Shown one piece after another: positions 1 to 11,830 of a DNA stretch of 64,000 bases. Both the position numbers and the translations under genes were made by a program. Below the pieces are notes generated by a model. It was not told the origin of the DNA. It did not search any database and was given only the letters and a program-made list of their open reading frames with translations. This DNA is from Botryllus schlosseri (taxonomy: Eukaryota): assembly GCA_051294905.1 (NCBI GenBank), contig CM119371.1, forward strand, positions 6,698,001 through 6,762,000. Direction: 5' to 3'. Position 1 is the first letter of the stretch. Every line of letters begins with the position of its first letter.

Positions 1-397
1 TTATGCCACTATAGAGGATGTATAATGCCACCAAAAAGAACGTAATGCCTCTTATCCGTCACATTAAAGATACTTGGGTATTTTCTCGACCATATCGATT
101 TCATTGCACTTCTTGACAATGTTGTGGGATGATCATGACTTCGGAAATGTGTTATTTCCAGTAACGTTCGTAGCTTTGTACTGTGCCTGGTATGCTGAGA
201 CACGGCCAATCAAGGTTTCAAGGCTTCATCAGTGGAAAATAGTATCAAAACTATAATTCTCGTCAGTAAATTAACTTTCAGTTGCGAGGAGCGTATAATT
301 TCAGTACTCGAAAAATCGTCTTTTACTACTCGACTCGAATCATTAAAATTACTACTCGATTCAGATTCGAGTACTCGAATCATTGTGCCCAGCCCTA

Positions 398-1140
398 GTC
401 ACGAGTCAAGTCAGAATTCAAGTCAAATTGAATTTTCGAAGTATCAGTGACGATTCAAAGTCATTACATTTTGCTAGCTGTGTGAAAGACAGAATAATTT
501 GCCATTCATCTTGCATCAAATAACTAATATAAAGCTTAATATGCACACAAGAAGGCGTCTATCACACACACGTAGAACCGCAAATAAAATACGCGACTAA
601 CTGTATAGCCATGCTACAGTCTGTTATATATCAGCCAATAGGATCGAATATGAAGCCTCAAGAAGTTGTAACAAATTGATATGAATTTGAATCATTCAAG
701 AGGGTTGGTAAAAGTGATCACTGCGCAATGTTAGCACTGAGCCGTCCAAGAAACATTGATATGTTAATTGCTATTGTATTCTTATTCTTCTTCTACTACT
801 ACTATACTACTACGACAACGTAAGCTGTGATCATTTCGTCTGTGTTCAATATATTTGTGATGCAATAATGGAGGATCGTTCAAACGTACATTCAGTGAAT
901 GCCTGGTTACTCTCACAAGTGACACTGGCGTACCGCGAACAATACGAACTTACATGCACAAAATACACTGATTTGATTGATACCGTTTACTTGATGACTT
1001 GAAATTGACTCGTAAATTTTGGTCCGAGTCACGAGTCAATCCGCATTTTTGAAGCGCCGAGTCAAGTCAAGTCATTTTTGCAAAGTGACTCGAGTTAAAT
1101 CAAGTCATACGAAAAAGTGACTCGAGTCATCCCAACACTG
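398..1140 (+). mobile_element. gagtcaagtca-family MITE, 5' part interrupted by another element ending ...gcccagcccta (397)
   Basis: Aligns with 35280-36046; ends atcccaacactg. Confidence 0.7.
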
Positions 1141-1349
1141 CTAAATACTAGTCAATGCTTGTACATTGTCCAGTGTCCATTCTCAGTTATAGATCCTCAA
1201 CCTACTTGTCCCTTTTTGCACATAAGATACATTCCGATTTAGCTTACCTGGTTCGTAATCTCACTGGTTCTGGCCGACACGAAGACCGTCATGATCATAT
1301 CCGCGGTACCGGTATATACCGATAAATCACTGTTTGTTTGTTAAATATC

Positions 1350-2560
1350 GCACTAGTCGTGTCTAAAATTCAGTGTTGATATATTTATAGAAACCTGCTC
1401 TTCCAAAGCATCAGGTCCACCAAACAACAGCTCAATACCTTCAAACCACTGAGGCAAAGTGAAGATGTCAAACTAGCTGTTGTATCAAGAGCTATCATCA
1501 TCATCATCATTGGTTTATTAGCAATTTTATCAGTTCAATACACCACAAAAAAATGCGATACAATGAAAAGACAGGAAGGTGTCGAAGCGACAAGGAGCAG
1601 TCTATGGAATCTGACACCCACCTTGGCCTAGGCGATGTAAAGAGGAGGCATGCACACTGAATGAAAGTAAAGAAGATAGTATAGAAAAAGAAAGCGACAA
1701 TAAATAGGGCGGCATGTCATGGGAAGCGAGATCGATAGGTCAGTCGTGGTCCGGTTAAAGAATCAAAACTTCTGTACAATCATCTGTAGCCTACATAGTA
1801 AGTATTAGAATGCCCAATCTAAATCACTCTTATCCCTAAGTCAAGGAAGAGACCGTATTTGGTTTTGTGTATAGCCAGGGTTAACATGTCTGCAAAAAGC
1901 AGTGGTTCTTGTCCTTTTCATAGCCGTGGCCCAATTTCCATTATGCAATATGCCATTACCCACCACTCAGCCTCAATCTCCTTTTAAGCGACTGCAATAC
2001 GGTAGGTTTAGGCCGAGCAGTTCATATCATATCATAGTTCGTTCTCATGAGCACGAGAATGGCAAATGTATGTGTCGCAAGCTTGGCTCGTTTCAAACCA
2101 TACAGTTCTTCTGTAGCCTTTACAGGAAAACCGGAAATTAAAGTGGAACATTTCCCAAATTAGTTTAGAGTCAGATCACTGGCATTTTCCTCGAATTAGT
2201 TGAATAAGTCAACTAAAACTATCCAGTTGTCCAAGTCTATCTGTTACTTGGGGCCTGCAGTGCGCTTCGCCTGGTCACTAGATGTCGACAAAGTGAAGGA
2301 GGCACTTTTCATAATGAGTTCTCCCTCGTCCAATTTGACATTTTGTCGGTGCCGGATTCCGTCGTTGTGACAACCTGTGACCCAGGGAGGGAGTATGAGG
2401 TTTGAATTTTACGAATTCTTCGTTTGACTGAGCCACCAAATAATTACTCGCTTTGGAACGTCAAACAGGACTGGGCAGGTTCACGCCCTCCTCGAACTGC
2501 AAAAAATAGTAGGGGGTCAGTCAATACTAGTATTGGAATCACGGGATTTCAAGGTATATT
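1350..2560 (-). pseudogene. Decayed ORF remnant of unknown function (paralogs ~11160-12430, ~36945-37620, ~56728-57830)
   Basis: Cross-copy consensus EIEAEWWVMAYLQNGNWAxAMKRTRTTAFCRxVNPxYSQSQ and FDIFTLPQWFEGIELLFGGPDALEEQVSINISTLNFR. Confidence 0.35.
1494..1755 (-). mobile_element. 5'-truncated copy (3' UTR + tail) of the same LINE family
   Basis: Near-identical reverse complement of 32257-32516 including the (cat)n tail. Confidence 0.9.
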
Positions 2561-3409
2561 TCTGATCCCGATCCCGCGATTAACTCTATTGAAATCCCTG
2601 AATATCGAGAAAGCATCTATCAGAGCTCTAGTAGCGCTTACTTTATTCTTAAAACAGCGTTACAAGATACGCTGATTGCAACTATGGCACAACAATGAAC
2701 TACGCCAGTGGTCTTCAATCTTTTTCGTAATGGTACACCATTAGGTCACTCACAACTTGTCCATCACCGTTAACATAATACATAGAATCCATAGTAATCA
2801 TAATCAGAAGACGGATGGGTTCGGCTGAAATCTATCGGAAATTCTAATGCTAGAAACTAATCACAGCTCTGGATTACCAGATCACAATATAACAGTGTTT
2901 TTCACAAGGAAACCGCAAACCGATTGATAAATATAATTTGTGATATTGGAAACTAGGGTAGATTATCTGAAGCAGTTTTGCTTCATAACTTATGAAACTT
3001 TGTAGATTACATCAGCCGAATGGGCGTTGGAGACATGATATCTAACTCTGCCAGCTCATTTTAATTGACTGCAAGCCATGTAGTCAATGGGTCGACCTAT
3101 TGGTACGAACTTTTTGCTGTATCGGGCTGTTTCGTTGAGGTTTGCGGATTAACTGCAAATTTGGAATAGAAAGGTCAAAAAGAGTGATCATAATCAGAAA
3201 TCGCTCAAACGATGACATTCTCGCTGCTCTCACGATTATGTGTCGGTAAAGGAATGTAACTTCGCTAATCTCGGGGTTAAGGAGTAAAAATCCCAATCCT
3301 GAGATTCAAATTTTAATCCCAAAATCACCCCTAAAAACTCGCCGTGTTCTGTGGGTCCTGCGCATATTTTGGTATCCCATCTTGAAAGATACTTCTCAAA
3401 ACTCTTTAA

Positions 3410-4107
3410 GGGGACTAGCAAGTCAAAATTTGAAATATGAAAATTTTCATTTTTTTCCTTGGCTTGAAATATCGACATAGTACCTATACTCTTACCTCAT
3501 GGCCTTATCTTACCCAAAACATAACTAATAACTTCATAATTTCGATTTTCATCTGCACCGGTTAGTATCTGTTATTACTGGTATTTATTAACGTTTTTCT
3601 CCATTGTAAAATTTTGTTAAACAGCGTCACGGTAAATCAAAAATTGGTATGACATATATGTCGTATAGTTTTCACTGAGGTTTTTTTTTGAAAAGCTAAC
3701 ATAGAGACCTGTGTTATGCTAAGAGACGTTTGGCCTAGGTCTACCTTGCTCTGAATCACGGAGCTTCACAGCAAACTTTTTGAGAAAATGACCTGAAATT
3801 TGAAATTTCAAAATTTCAAAATGGAATTTCTCCTAGAGGGGTTGCACATATTCCTTCAAATTTTAGCATAACACAGCACTGTCCTAGTACTTCCTAAAGA
3901 AGGCGTTAGATTGAAAAAAGGGCTTCACAATATTGAGATTTAGCATTCCCCGTGTCGGTGCACTTTTTCTCCTTCAAATCCACAATCTGCAGGGTAGCAC
4001 TAAACTTTTTGTGTTTTTGTATATAGCATAGCGACATCTAGCGACTGAAAATTTCATGGTGATGGTGGCAGCCATCTGGGAGTTAGGTTTCTGACTTGCT
4101 AGTCCCC
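3410..4107. mobile_element. TTAA-target MITE, Kolobok-like (GG...CC termini)
   Basis: ttaa|ggggactagcaagtca ... tgacttgctagtcccc|ttaa. Confidence 0.75.
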
Positions 4108-4394
4108 TTAAGTAGGTTCGCTCTACTTCTACAACTACCACCAGTGGCTCGTTTTTCCACTCTTACACTTCTACTGAACAGATTTGTAGGACGAACTAGT
4201 TGCTTGTTACACTTTGGATCTCGTGGGAAGAAGTTTTGTGATACTTGCAATTCTTACTTAAGTGGTAACAATTTCAAACTACTTCCATTGCAGCTTTTTT
4301 TGCAAACTAGGCCTAGAATAATTTACTTCTTCACTAATTTGGAAATTTCTGCTTCTACTAGTAGCCTACTTCAGTAGAAATTTACAACACTGCT

Positions 4395-4650
4395 TAGCCT
4401 CTTATTTGAGTGGCAACGATGAATACCTTGATATCTGCTCACGAAACAGCAATCTCGATTCACCCCCAACCGCAACCTTCACCCACATTCGTCACTCACC
4501 TTCTTACATCGGGATCAACCGACTTTTCCCTGTGGGCACCAACACCAATGGTGGGACCTGGAGCACTTTCTGGTGGATAACCGCACGTTGCTGGGCCGAT
4601 CTTGACCAGTTCGGTGGTGGGCCATTCCGAATGATGGGGATTCTGGAATA
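4395..4650 (-). pseudogene. Short decayed ORF remnant of unknown function (paralog at ~58028-58290)
   Basis: SVDPDV(R/K)R(W)VTN(V/A)G..KVFIVAT(Q/E)I(R/E)G-stop in both copies, with several synonymous codon differences. Confidence 0.3.
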
Positions 4651-4959
4651 AAACGGATTCTGTTTTTAGGGAAACATGTAACAAATTGTGACTCGATTAT
4701 AATTGTAACTACAGTGTTTGACAAATTAGATTAGAATGATAGCTATATAGTTTTCTTTTTCGAATGAGATTAGAATTAGAATTACAACTACTTTGTGTTT
4801 TCCAAATGATATTAGAATAACAATCATAGGGAATTAGAATTACGGAATTTCTGAAAAACTTGGCATAGCATGAAGTTCAGTTGATAGCAAATTACAATTT
4901 GTTCTCGTAAGCACGAGAAATTCAAATGTCTATACAGCAAGCTTGGCTCGTTTCATTGT

Positions 4960-7398
4960 CATTGTCTTACTAACTACAGGCATTGCAATACGACTGAGGG
5001 CATCATACCATCACATTTTCTGAAAGGGGGCCCTTATGTAAAAGAGAGGTCAAGAGCCACTGTTATATATCAAGGGTATCAGTTGGAGGCTATTACATGA
5101 TACGTTCGAATCATGACGCTGTTAAAATAGATATCTCCTGGTTTCGAGGGTGTATTTACGACTGGTTTCAAATCTAGTTACCGTACATAATTCAGTAGTT
5201 TGAAAGACAGCAAATTCTACTGCTACCTGAAGTAGGCTACTTATGGGTTGCTTGGAACAGCAATACTATTACTAATACTTGAGTGAAATATGCACCTTCT
5301 TGACTACTTTGACAACTTCTGATCATGCATGCGGACTGGGCTTTTTTTTCGAATTTCGAGGATTCACTGATTATATTGCTATGTTACGTAAAAACGCCCG
5401 ACACCAATTTGGCTCGTTTCAACCAGTAAAAGCCGATGTAGAGCCAATTGAAATTTTAGAAATTATTATAATTTTTTATCTTCAAATTTCACTGTCAACG
5501 CCATAAAATTGTTAAGTTGCTTAAAAGAACAATGCATAACAATTTTTCTCAATTCAAACTGGTAGAAGCAAAGTTGCTGCAATTAAAAGTTTTAGATTTG
5601 CAAAAATAGCATTGATGGTGGGTAATCCCAGAATTATTAATGAAAAACTCAATTAACTTCTCTTTTACGGGTTGGAATTGCTTCAAATTTGTTTTGCAAC
5701 TTTCTGTAGACAACTCAACAATTTCATGAGGTTCACAGCAACAACAAAAAAAATTTGAATAAATACCGTAATAAATTTCAATTGACTCTGCCTCGACTTC
5801 TACTGGTAGGAATTAAGCCAAATTTTGTGTGCAGCATTTTAAGGCAACCTGACATTCTAATCAGTGAATCCCGGGGATATGGAAAATAAGTTATTTTTGA
5901 ACAATCCTAATGCATGCAATCGCTGATACCGGTAGTTTTTTTTTTGTGACTATTTCGCGACAACCAAAAGACTTTACCCCCTCCGAATTTGCTGGAAATC
6001 TGTGAGCCATATTTAATGCTTGATTTCTATGTCAGTTCGTAATGAGTAAATGCTGGATGTAGGAGTCTGTAGGCTATAAATATATGGTGTGATGATGTTA
6101 GGGAAGATAATATGTTGATATGAGAGTCCATGGGATTCCACTTGATTCATTTAAAACAGATATTGTCTACACTGTAGATGGAATGTTTGCTATATATTTC
6201 TATATTGTCACCCATTCAGGATATTACAAAATTACACATAAACTCACATGTCGCCATCATGATTCCTGGAAAGCTGGATGTCTAGATCTCTTCTTTTGAT
6301 CGATGAAAAAGCCTGAAAGAAAATCTCATAATTACACAACAGTAAAATGAAACAGTGGTTCCACCAGCCACCTGGAACTGCATAGAGAACAAAAGTATCA
6401 GAAAATACTTTCATTTGGTGTAGAAAATATATTGGTGTCCACAGTGAAGTGGTTCACTTTAGTTTATTCATTCCATCGTTACGGCATTACAGAGACGTCA
6501 CATTGCTAGGTTTGTACAATTTAGGAAGATTTGGTTGTTCATTAAACTCTGACATGTGCCCAATGTCACATCAAAGATGTAATCAAGTACCGGTATCTCA
6601 TATAAGAGACTTACTAAATGTGGCTTGAAAATATAGCCAGATAAAACTCATCTTGAATGACAATTGATGAACTTGCTCTAAATTTGCACCTTGCTTGACT
6701 CTGACCCACAGAAAATCCTTGCCTGTGATGATGAAGAAAGGATACATCTGGTTAGAAATGATTCAAATTCGATCTTTCCAGTACCCAATGTGTTGAGACT
6801 TGTTGTTACAGATAGATATAAGATCGTCACTAATGGTTGAATTGAATTTATTGGTAATAATTTTATCATTTCAAAACACACGACCATAGCATTGATTGCA
6901 AATAGTCGAATCCGAAATCATTGATTTTACGGAAAATGAATTCAGAATTACTCACTTTTATCTCGTCGACAGAATTGTCAGACATTGCTGCATGTCAGAT
7001 TCCAACTGATTGATATCGGTTGAGATTGTCATGCAAACTTCTTTTATCATCAAAGCCATTTCACATCCGACGACTAGACCATTAAATGATAAGTTATAAA
7101 TTATGATCGTCTGATTGCAATCCACTGTAACAAAATGAAGAGTGGTAATGAAAAGTAAAATCAATGAATCTATATACAGCACAGGTTGCTCAACCCCGGC
7201 AATCATACCATATTATGATGTGATATAGCGAGTGCGATAGCCCCGCATAAAAACATAATCGAAATGGTTTACGTTGAGTATGCATGCGTACAAATTTGAT
7301 ATCTTGATCATGGATGCAAAAAACGATGTCAATTTTTGATTCGGTGCCCCCAAATTTGTCAAACATAATAAAAATAACCAGATGAACAAAAATTTCAT
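4960..7398 (-). pseudogene. Decayed secreted/membrane glycoprotein-like ORF (env/fusion-protein-like hypothesis), unit 1
   Basis: Starts MKFLFIWLFLLCLTNLGA (signal-peptide-like); long low-stop frames 6958-7206 and 6678-6887; AGA TAA AAG TGA (R*K*) at 6952-6963; frameshifts, stops and an old MITE insertion. Confidence 0.45.
5335..5890. mobile_element. Old inverted-repeat MITE shared with unit 4 (~59575-60021)
   Basis: ggattcactga..tttggctc..ccagtaaaagcc versus its reverse complement near 5795-5875; same position in both units. Confidence 0.55.
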
Positions 7399-9035
7399 AT
7401 GATTTTATTTCGTACTTAATCATTGTTCATGCGCGATTATCATAAAGTAAGATAGGCATATAAACTTGTACCTTGTAACCGAAGCTCTATTTGGAAGCAC
7501 ATACTGTTGTGAGTATACCTTTTGAAGAGTGAATACCTTGAGCAAATATCGTATGCGGCTCAACAAGGAAGAGATCATCCACACTCATATGTAATTTTCA
7601 AGCATCGAGTCAATGAGTGTTGTGGGTTAGTTCATACGGGGGAGGGGGTGCAGACTAGAGGACCGTGCTATAAAGGTCTCATCACATCTCCGTCGTCAAA
7701 GCATCTCGATGGTGTAGGCGAAAAAAGAATACCATCTCTCTCTCTCTCTCTGAATCATGGGAAGGGTAAAACTTATACCGCTTACAGTAATCAGTAGCTT
7801 CCCCACTACCGATATTGGCAATATAATCATAGTGGAATCAACTGTCCAAGTCATCAAATTCATTGATCATATTTATATTGAGTAAGGAACTAAACACATG
7901 ATGGGCTGTATCGACTACAATAGGCGGTAGGATTAGGCACTGTGGTACAAGTCATGAAGTATATTTCCACAACATTACTGGTTACTAATTGCTGTTACGT
8001 TCATCAAATGATACCAATCTACCGAAAAGTAAATTACACTTTTAAAAACTAAACGATCGAAATTCTGCTGATTTCAAACAAAAATTACACGATCTTCCAA
8101 GGAAATTATGATTGATATAGCTTGATGAGTTGAAAATTGTAATTGTGAGCGACTAATTTTTATTCATGTCCCAGATATAGACTTGTACAAACTACTAAGC
8201 TAGTTATGTGATGGTCGAGGGTAGTTCTAATTACGGATTTTAAAATGTGAATAGTTTTAGTATCGTCGTTTGGCGTGAATAGCGATACTGGTGTTCTTTT
8301 GAGTGACGTTTTTGCAGCTTTTGCTAGCTCAGAGTTAATACTGCTAACAGTGGCGTAGCCAGTGTGGGTTTTGGGGGGTGGAAATACGTCAAATTTCGAA
8401 CTCCAAACCCTGTTCTTTTGAAACGCCGATTCTATCTCCATTACATATTTTTCTGCTCATTTCCAATTCAGTAATTCACATTACCAGTAATACAGTTGCT
8501 TCCGGATTGAATCGACTTAGTTGTGTTTTGGTTACCTAGTTACAGATTGTTAAAGCATGTTAATTCTAGTTCTAGTGGCAAGTTTTGAAAAGCGAGTAGT
8601 TCAGTAGTTCTAGTTTTAGTAGAATTTTTGAAAATCCAGTAGGCCTACCGTAATTTGTACAAGTCTGCTGAAGTGAGAGTCATTTTTATTTAATCACCCA
8701 GTCTATCCGAAACCGAGTAATTTTACGAGAAGGACGCACAAAACCAAATCACAATTTCAAGTCACGAATCATCAACGGGTCATGTTCTATCGTCATGAAC
8801 TAGAAATGCGACGTAATCGCTGATCTTCTACCACCTCGTTGCTTTTAAAAGTGATGTGATACTGAAGTTTGTTGAGATCCCAGTGATTTTTATAGTAGTT
8901 TTAGATTGAACTTTAAGCTCTTAAATCTAAAAAAACATATGGCACCTAAATATATTGTTGAATACTTGAAATTCCAAAATAGCGTCGCAGTCCGCACAAA
9001 ATGCTCCCGTGGGCCGCGTGTTTGAGACCTATGAT

Positions 9036-10646
9036 CTATCTCTTCACAAATACGGATCTGTAAATGTCCATTTGTCTTGTAAATGTCCATTTGTCTTGCG
9101 ATGTATCATACTTTTCAATTGCCTTAGACGTTCTGAAATCTGCTACTGCAATAATCCACTTGTCAATGTGATATGCAGAAACCCACCCATGACAAGCATT
9201 CATAGAAGATAATGAAGTCCACTGAGATGAAGTAACATCATAGCATTCAACTGTATTGATGACCTTTCCACTCCATCCACCGATCACAAATATCTTCTGA
9301 TCAACTGCAACAGCACCACTCTCATAAACAGGATATCTCATTGGGTCGAGATCAACCCACTCTGACGAGGATGGAGTGAATCTGCTGAATGAAGAAACTG
9401 GAATAAGATCTTGTCCTCTACCTCCGATACAATAGATGGAATCATTCAATGATACGAGACTTGCTGCACAAATCCCTGTAGGTTTGTCTTCTAGCTGAAT
9501 CCATTGATTCACGGGTGGTTTAAATATTTCCACATCACATGTTGCTTCAAGATAACTTCCTCCGACAACGAGTATTGATCCTGACAAAGAAACTGAGCAA
9601 GGATCGGTTCCATGATCACAAATCATATCTTTCGTCCTTTCCCATTTTGAATTTTTGCTCTGAAAATTGAGTCGATGAACTGATCTATTCTCACATAAAA
9701 CGTAGATATACGAGCCTAGAGAAATTGCCGAAAAATTTGTTAAATTCAGAAACTTCTCATCATGAAACTTCTCTACTTTCTCTGTTACTGGATTGAAGGA
9801 TCGGATACAATCTGCCTTAGGATCAAAAAGAATTATCAATTCATCTTTTCCAATTTTTTCGTTTGTTTTGTGTGATGCTTTATACGTTTTCAAAAGATGT
9901 CCATTGATCAACTTGTACAGTCCAAAGTCGTTACTGATAACTACGTTTGATTCCAAAAGACATTCTAAAAATGCCGGAGAGACTTTATGAAACTTGATTG
10001 CTTCGAGACAATCGCGCAAATGTTCTACATTATTGCGATTTTTCTCAACCCAATTGAACAATACCGTTAGTTTTTCTTCTTCGCATAACTTTGATTGTTC
10101 CAACATCACATATTTGAGGAAGTTAGTTTTTTCAATGCTTCCAAATTCCGATTGATTTGATATTTCCATGATATTTTCAAGAAAAAACGCTCTACATCGC
10201 GTAGACACGGCATCCAGTCCATACATATCGGCGACATTTCTTGTAGAAAAGTAATTCTTAACATTAATTGATTCCACCAAAACGTCAGATATTGCCTGTT
10301 TCACATCTTCCAACTGCAACATGATCGCGACATGAATAAGATTATTCATCTTTTCTTCAGGAATCTCAAATCTGCCGGAATATATGAAATCAATGCAGCT
10401 TTTCACACACCGAGAATCAACGTCTTTCAAAACAACTTTTCCTTCACGATTCTCTTTTGTGTCGTGTTTTAACATAGCTTTGAAATAAGCACAACCAGCC
10501 AACAATACATTTCTGTGAGTGTAGTAGACATCATCTCCCACTTGAATTATGAAATCACAATGATCGTTTTCTTGCTTCATTCGATGTAATTCTTCCATCA
10601 TCTTCACTGAATGTTTCTCTACATTTGGACACACAATCTGCACCAT
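9036..10646 (-). CDS. Kelch-like protein (BTB-BACK-Kelch, putative CUL3 substrate adaptor), intron-less, copy 1
   Basis: Uninterrupted ORF; BTB motif CDFIIQVG..HRNVL..YFKAML..IDFIYSG; Kelch repeats IYCIGG, IFVIGG..VECYD...QW. ATG at 10646 (ORF track starts at upstream TTG). Confidence 0.92.
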   Translation of the reverse strand: MVQIVCPNVEKHSVKMMEELHRMKQENDHCDFIIQVGDDVYYTHRNVLLAGCAYFKAMLKHDTKENREGKVVLKDVDSRCVKSCIDFIYSGRFEIPEEKMNNLIHVAIMLQLEDVKQAISDVLVESINVKNYFSTRNVADMYGLDAVSTRCRAFFLENIMEISNQSEFGSIEKTNFLKYVMLEQSKLCEEEKLTVLFNWVEKNRNNVEHLRDCLEAIKFHKVSPAFLECLLESNVVISNDFGLYKLINGHLLKTYKASHKTNEKIGKDELIILFDPKADCIRSFNPVTEKVEKFHDEKFLNLTNFSAISLGSYIYVLCENRSVHRLNFQSKNSKWERTKDMICDHGTDPCSVSLSGSILVVGGSYLEATCDVEIFKPPVNQWIQLEDKPTGICAASLVSLNDSIYCIGGRGQDLIPVSSFSRFTPSSSEWVDLDPMRYPVYESGAVAVDQKIFVIGGWSGKVINTVECYDVTSSQWTSLSSMNACHGWVSAYHIDKWIIAVADFRTSKAIEKYDTSQDKWTFTRQMDIYRSVFVKR

Positions 10647-11634
10647 GCTTGTCAATCATCCACAATTGGCTATAATTATAGAGTGATCCTACGATTATTA
10701 TGATATAGTCAAGCACTGTTATTGAAGGAAAGATGATGAGTAGGGCGATTTTCTTGAGATGTCAATATAAGTCTAAATTGAAGCGCTAGGTCAAAAATTG
10801 TTCACAAAGTCAAAATTTGTGTGACCTCTGCATTTCGTTTGTCCAGTAGATTTTGCACTGTCGGTGAACTTATCATTGTCCGCTCATTGTGAATCATAAA
10901 TGGTATCAAGCAGACACTACTAATAAGCATTGGTCAGAAACGAAATTTATGAAATAGTCAAATAGCATACGTGTAGTCTACATGCACTTAGTCAAGTATT
11001 CAAGGACTTGGACTTGCAGTCTTTCTTAATCATTTGTTCGACCCAAGCAGCTGAGCTACAGTACATGTATTTTCAATTTGGTCAAGTGGGAAGCAGCGTT
11101 CGGTTATACTTACATTAATTACACAATTTAACGAAACCAGATAAACAACAACCTGATATTATTCAAAACACTGAGGCGAAGTGTAGATGTCAAACAAGCA
11201 GTAGTAACTAAAGCGAAAGAATCAAAACTTCTGTACAATATCATCTATACATAGTGACCATTAGAATATGCAACCTAAATTGCATATTTTCCTTAAGTAA
11301 AAGAAACCGTTATTGGCTTTGGGAATAGTGAGGATTAACACATCTGCGAAATGCAGTGGTTCTTGACCTTTTCATGGATGCAGCCCAATTTTCATTTCGC
11401 AAATATGCCATGATCCACAACTCAGCCTCAATTTCTATCTAAGCGGTGGCAATATGGCAGGTTTAGAGAGGTGACCTATGTAATGGGTGTTACATCACAA
11501 TTCCCTTGTCATTGACATAAGTTATTGTTCAACTCAATAGCAGGTTGTAAATTGAGCATGGGGCGTCAATATCATTAACGAGCGGCACAGTGAAATTTTA
11601 CGATTCTTCAAGGGATATCTGGACCTCGACAACT

Positions 11635-11830
11635 AGAACTTTTCAGATTTTTCAAATTAGGGCAAAATCAGAATAATAGCTACACTGTTTTTTTTCAAAT
11701 TAAGGGTAAAATCAGAATTATAGCTGAACATTATTTTCCAAACTAGATAAAAATTAGAAATATAGTTACACTTTTTTCCAAATTATATTAGAATAGCCGA
11801 GTTCACGAAAACTTGGACATTAAATCAAGT
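11635..11830. repeat. Degenerate ~38-bp minisatellite
   Basis: ttttcaaattagggcaaaatcagaataatagctacac-like units; related tracts at 4720-4860 and 14210-14360. Confidence 0.55.

Noticed and set aside
1350..7398. Assigning the cassette to a specific virus family (e.g. chuvirus G-N order or poxvirus kelch)
   Set aside because: No diagnostic motif recognised and no polymerase seen; the Kelch genes look like typical animal KLHLs. A profile or structure search is needed.
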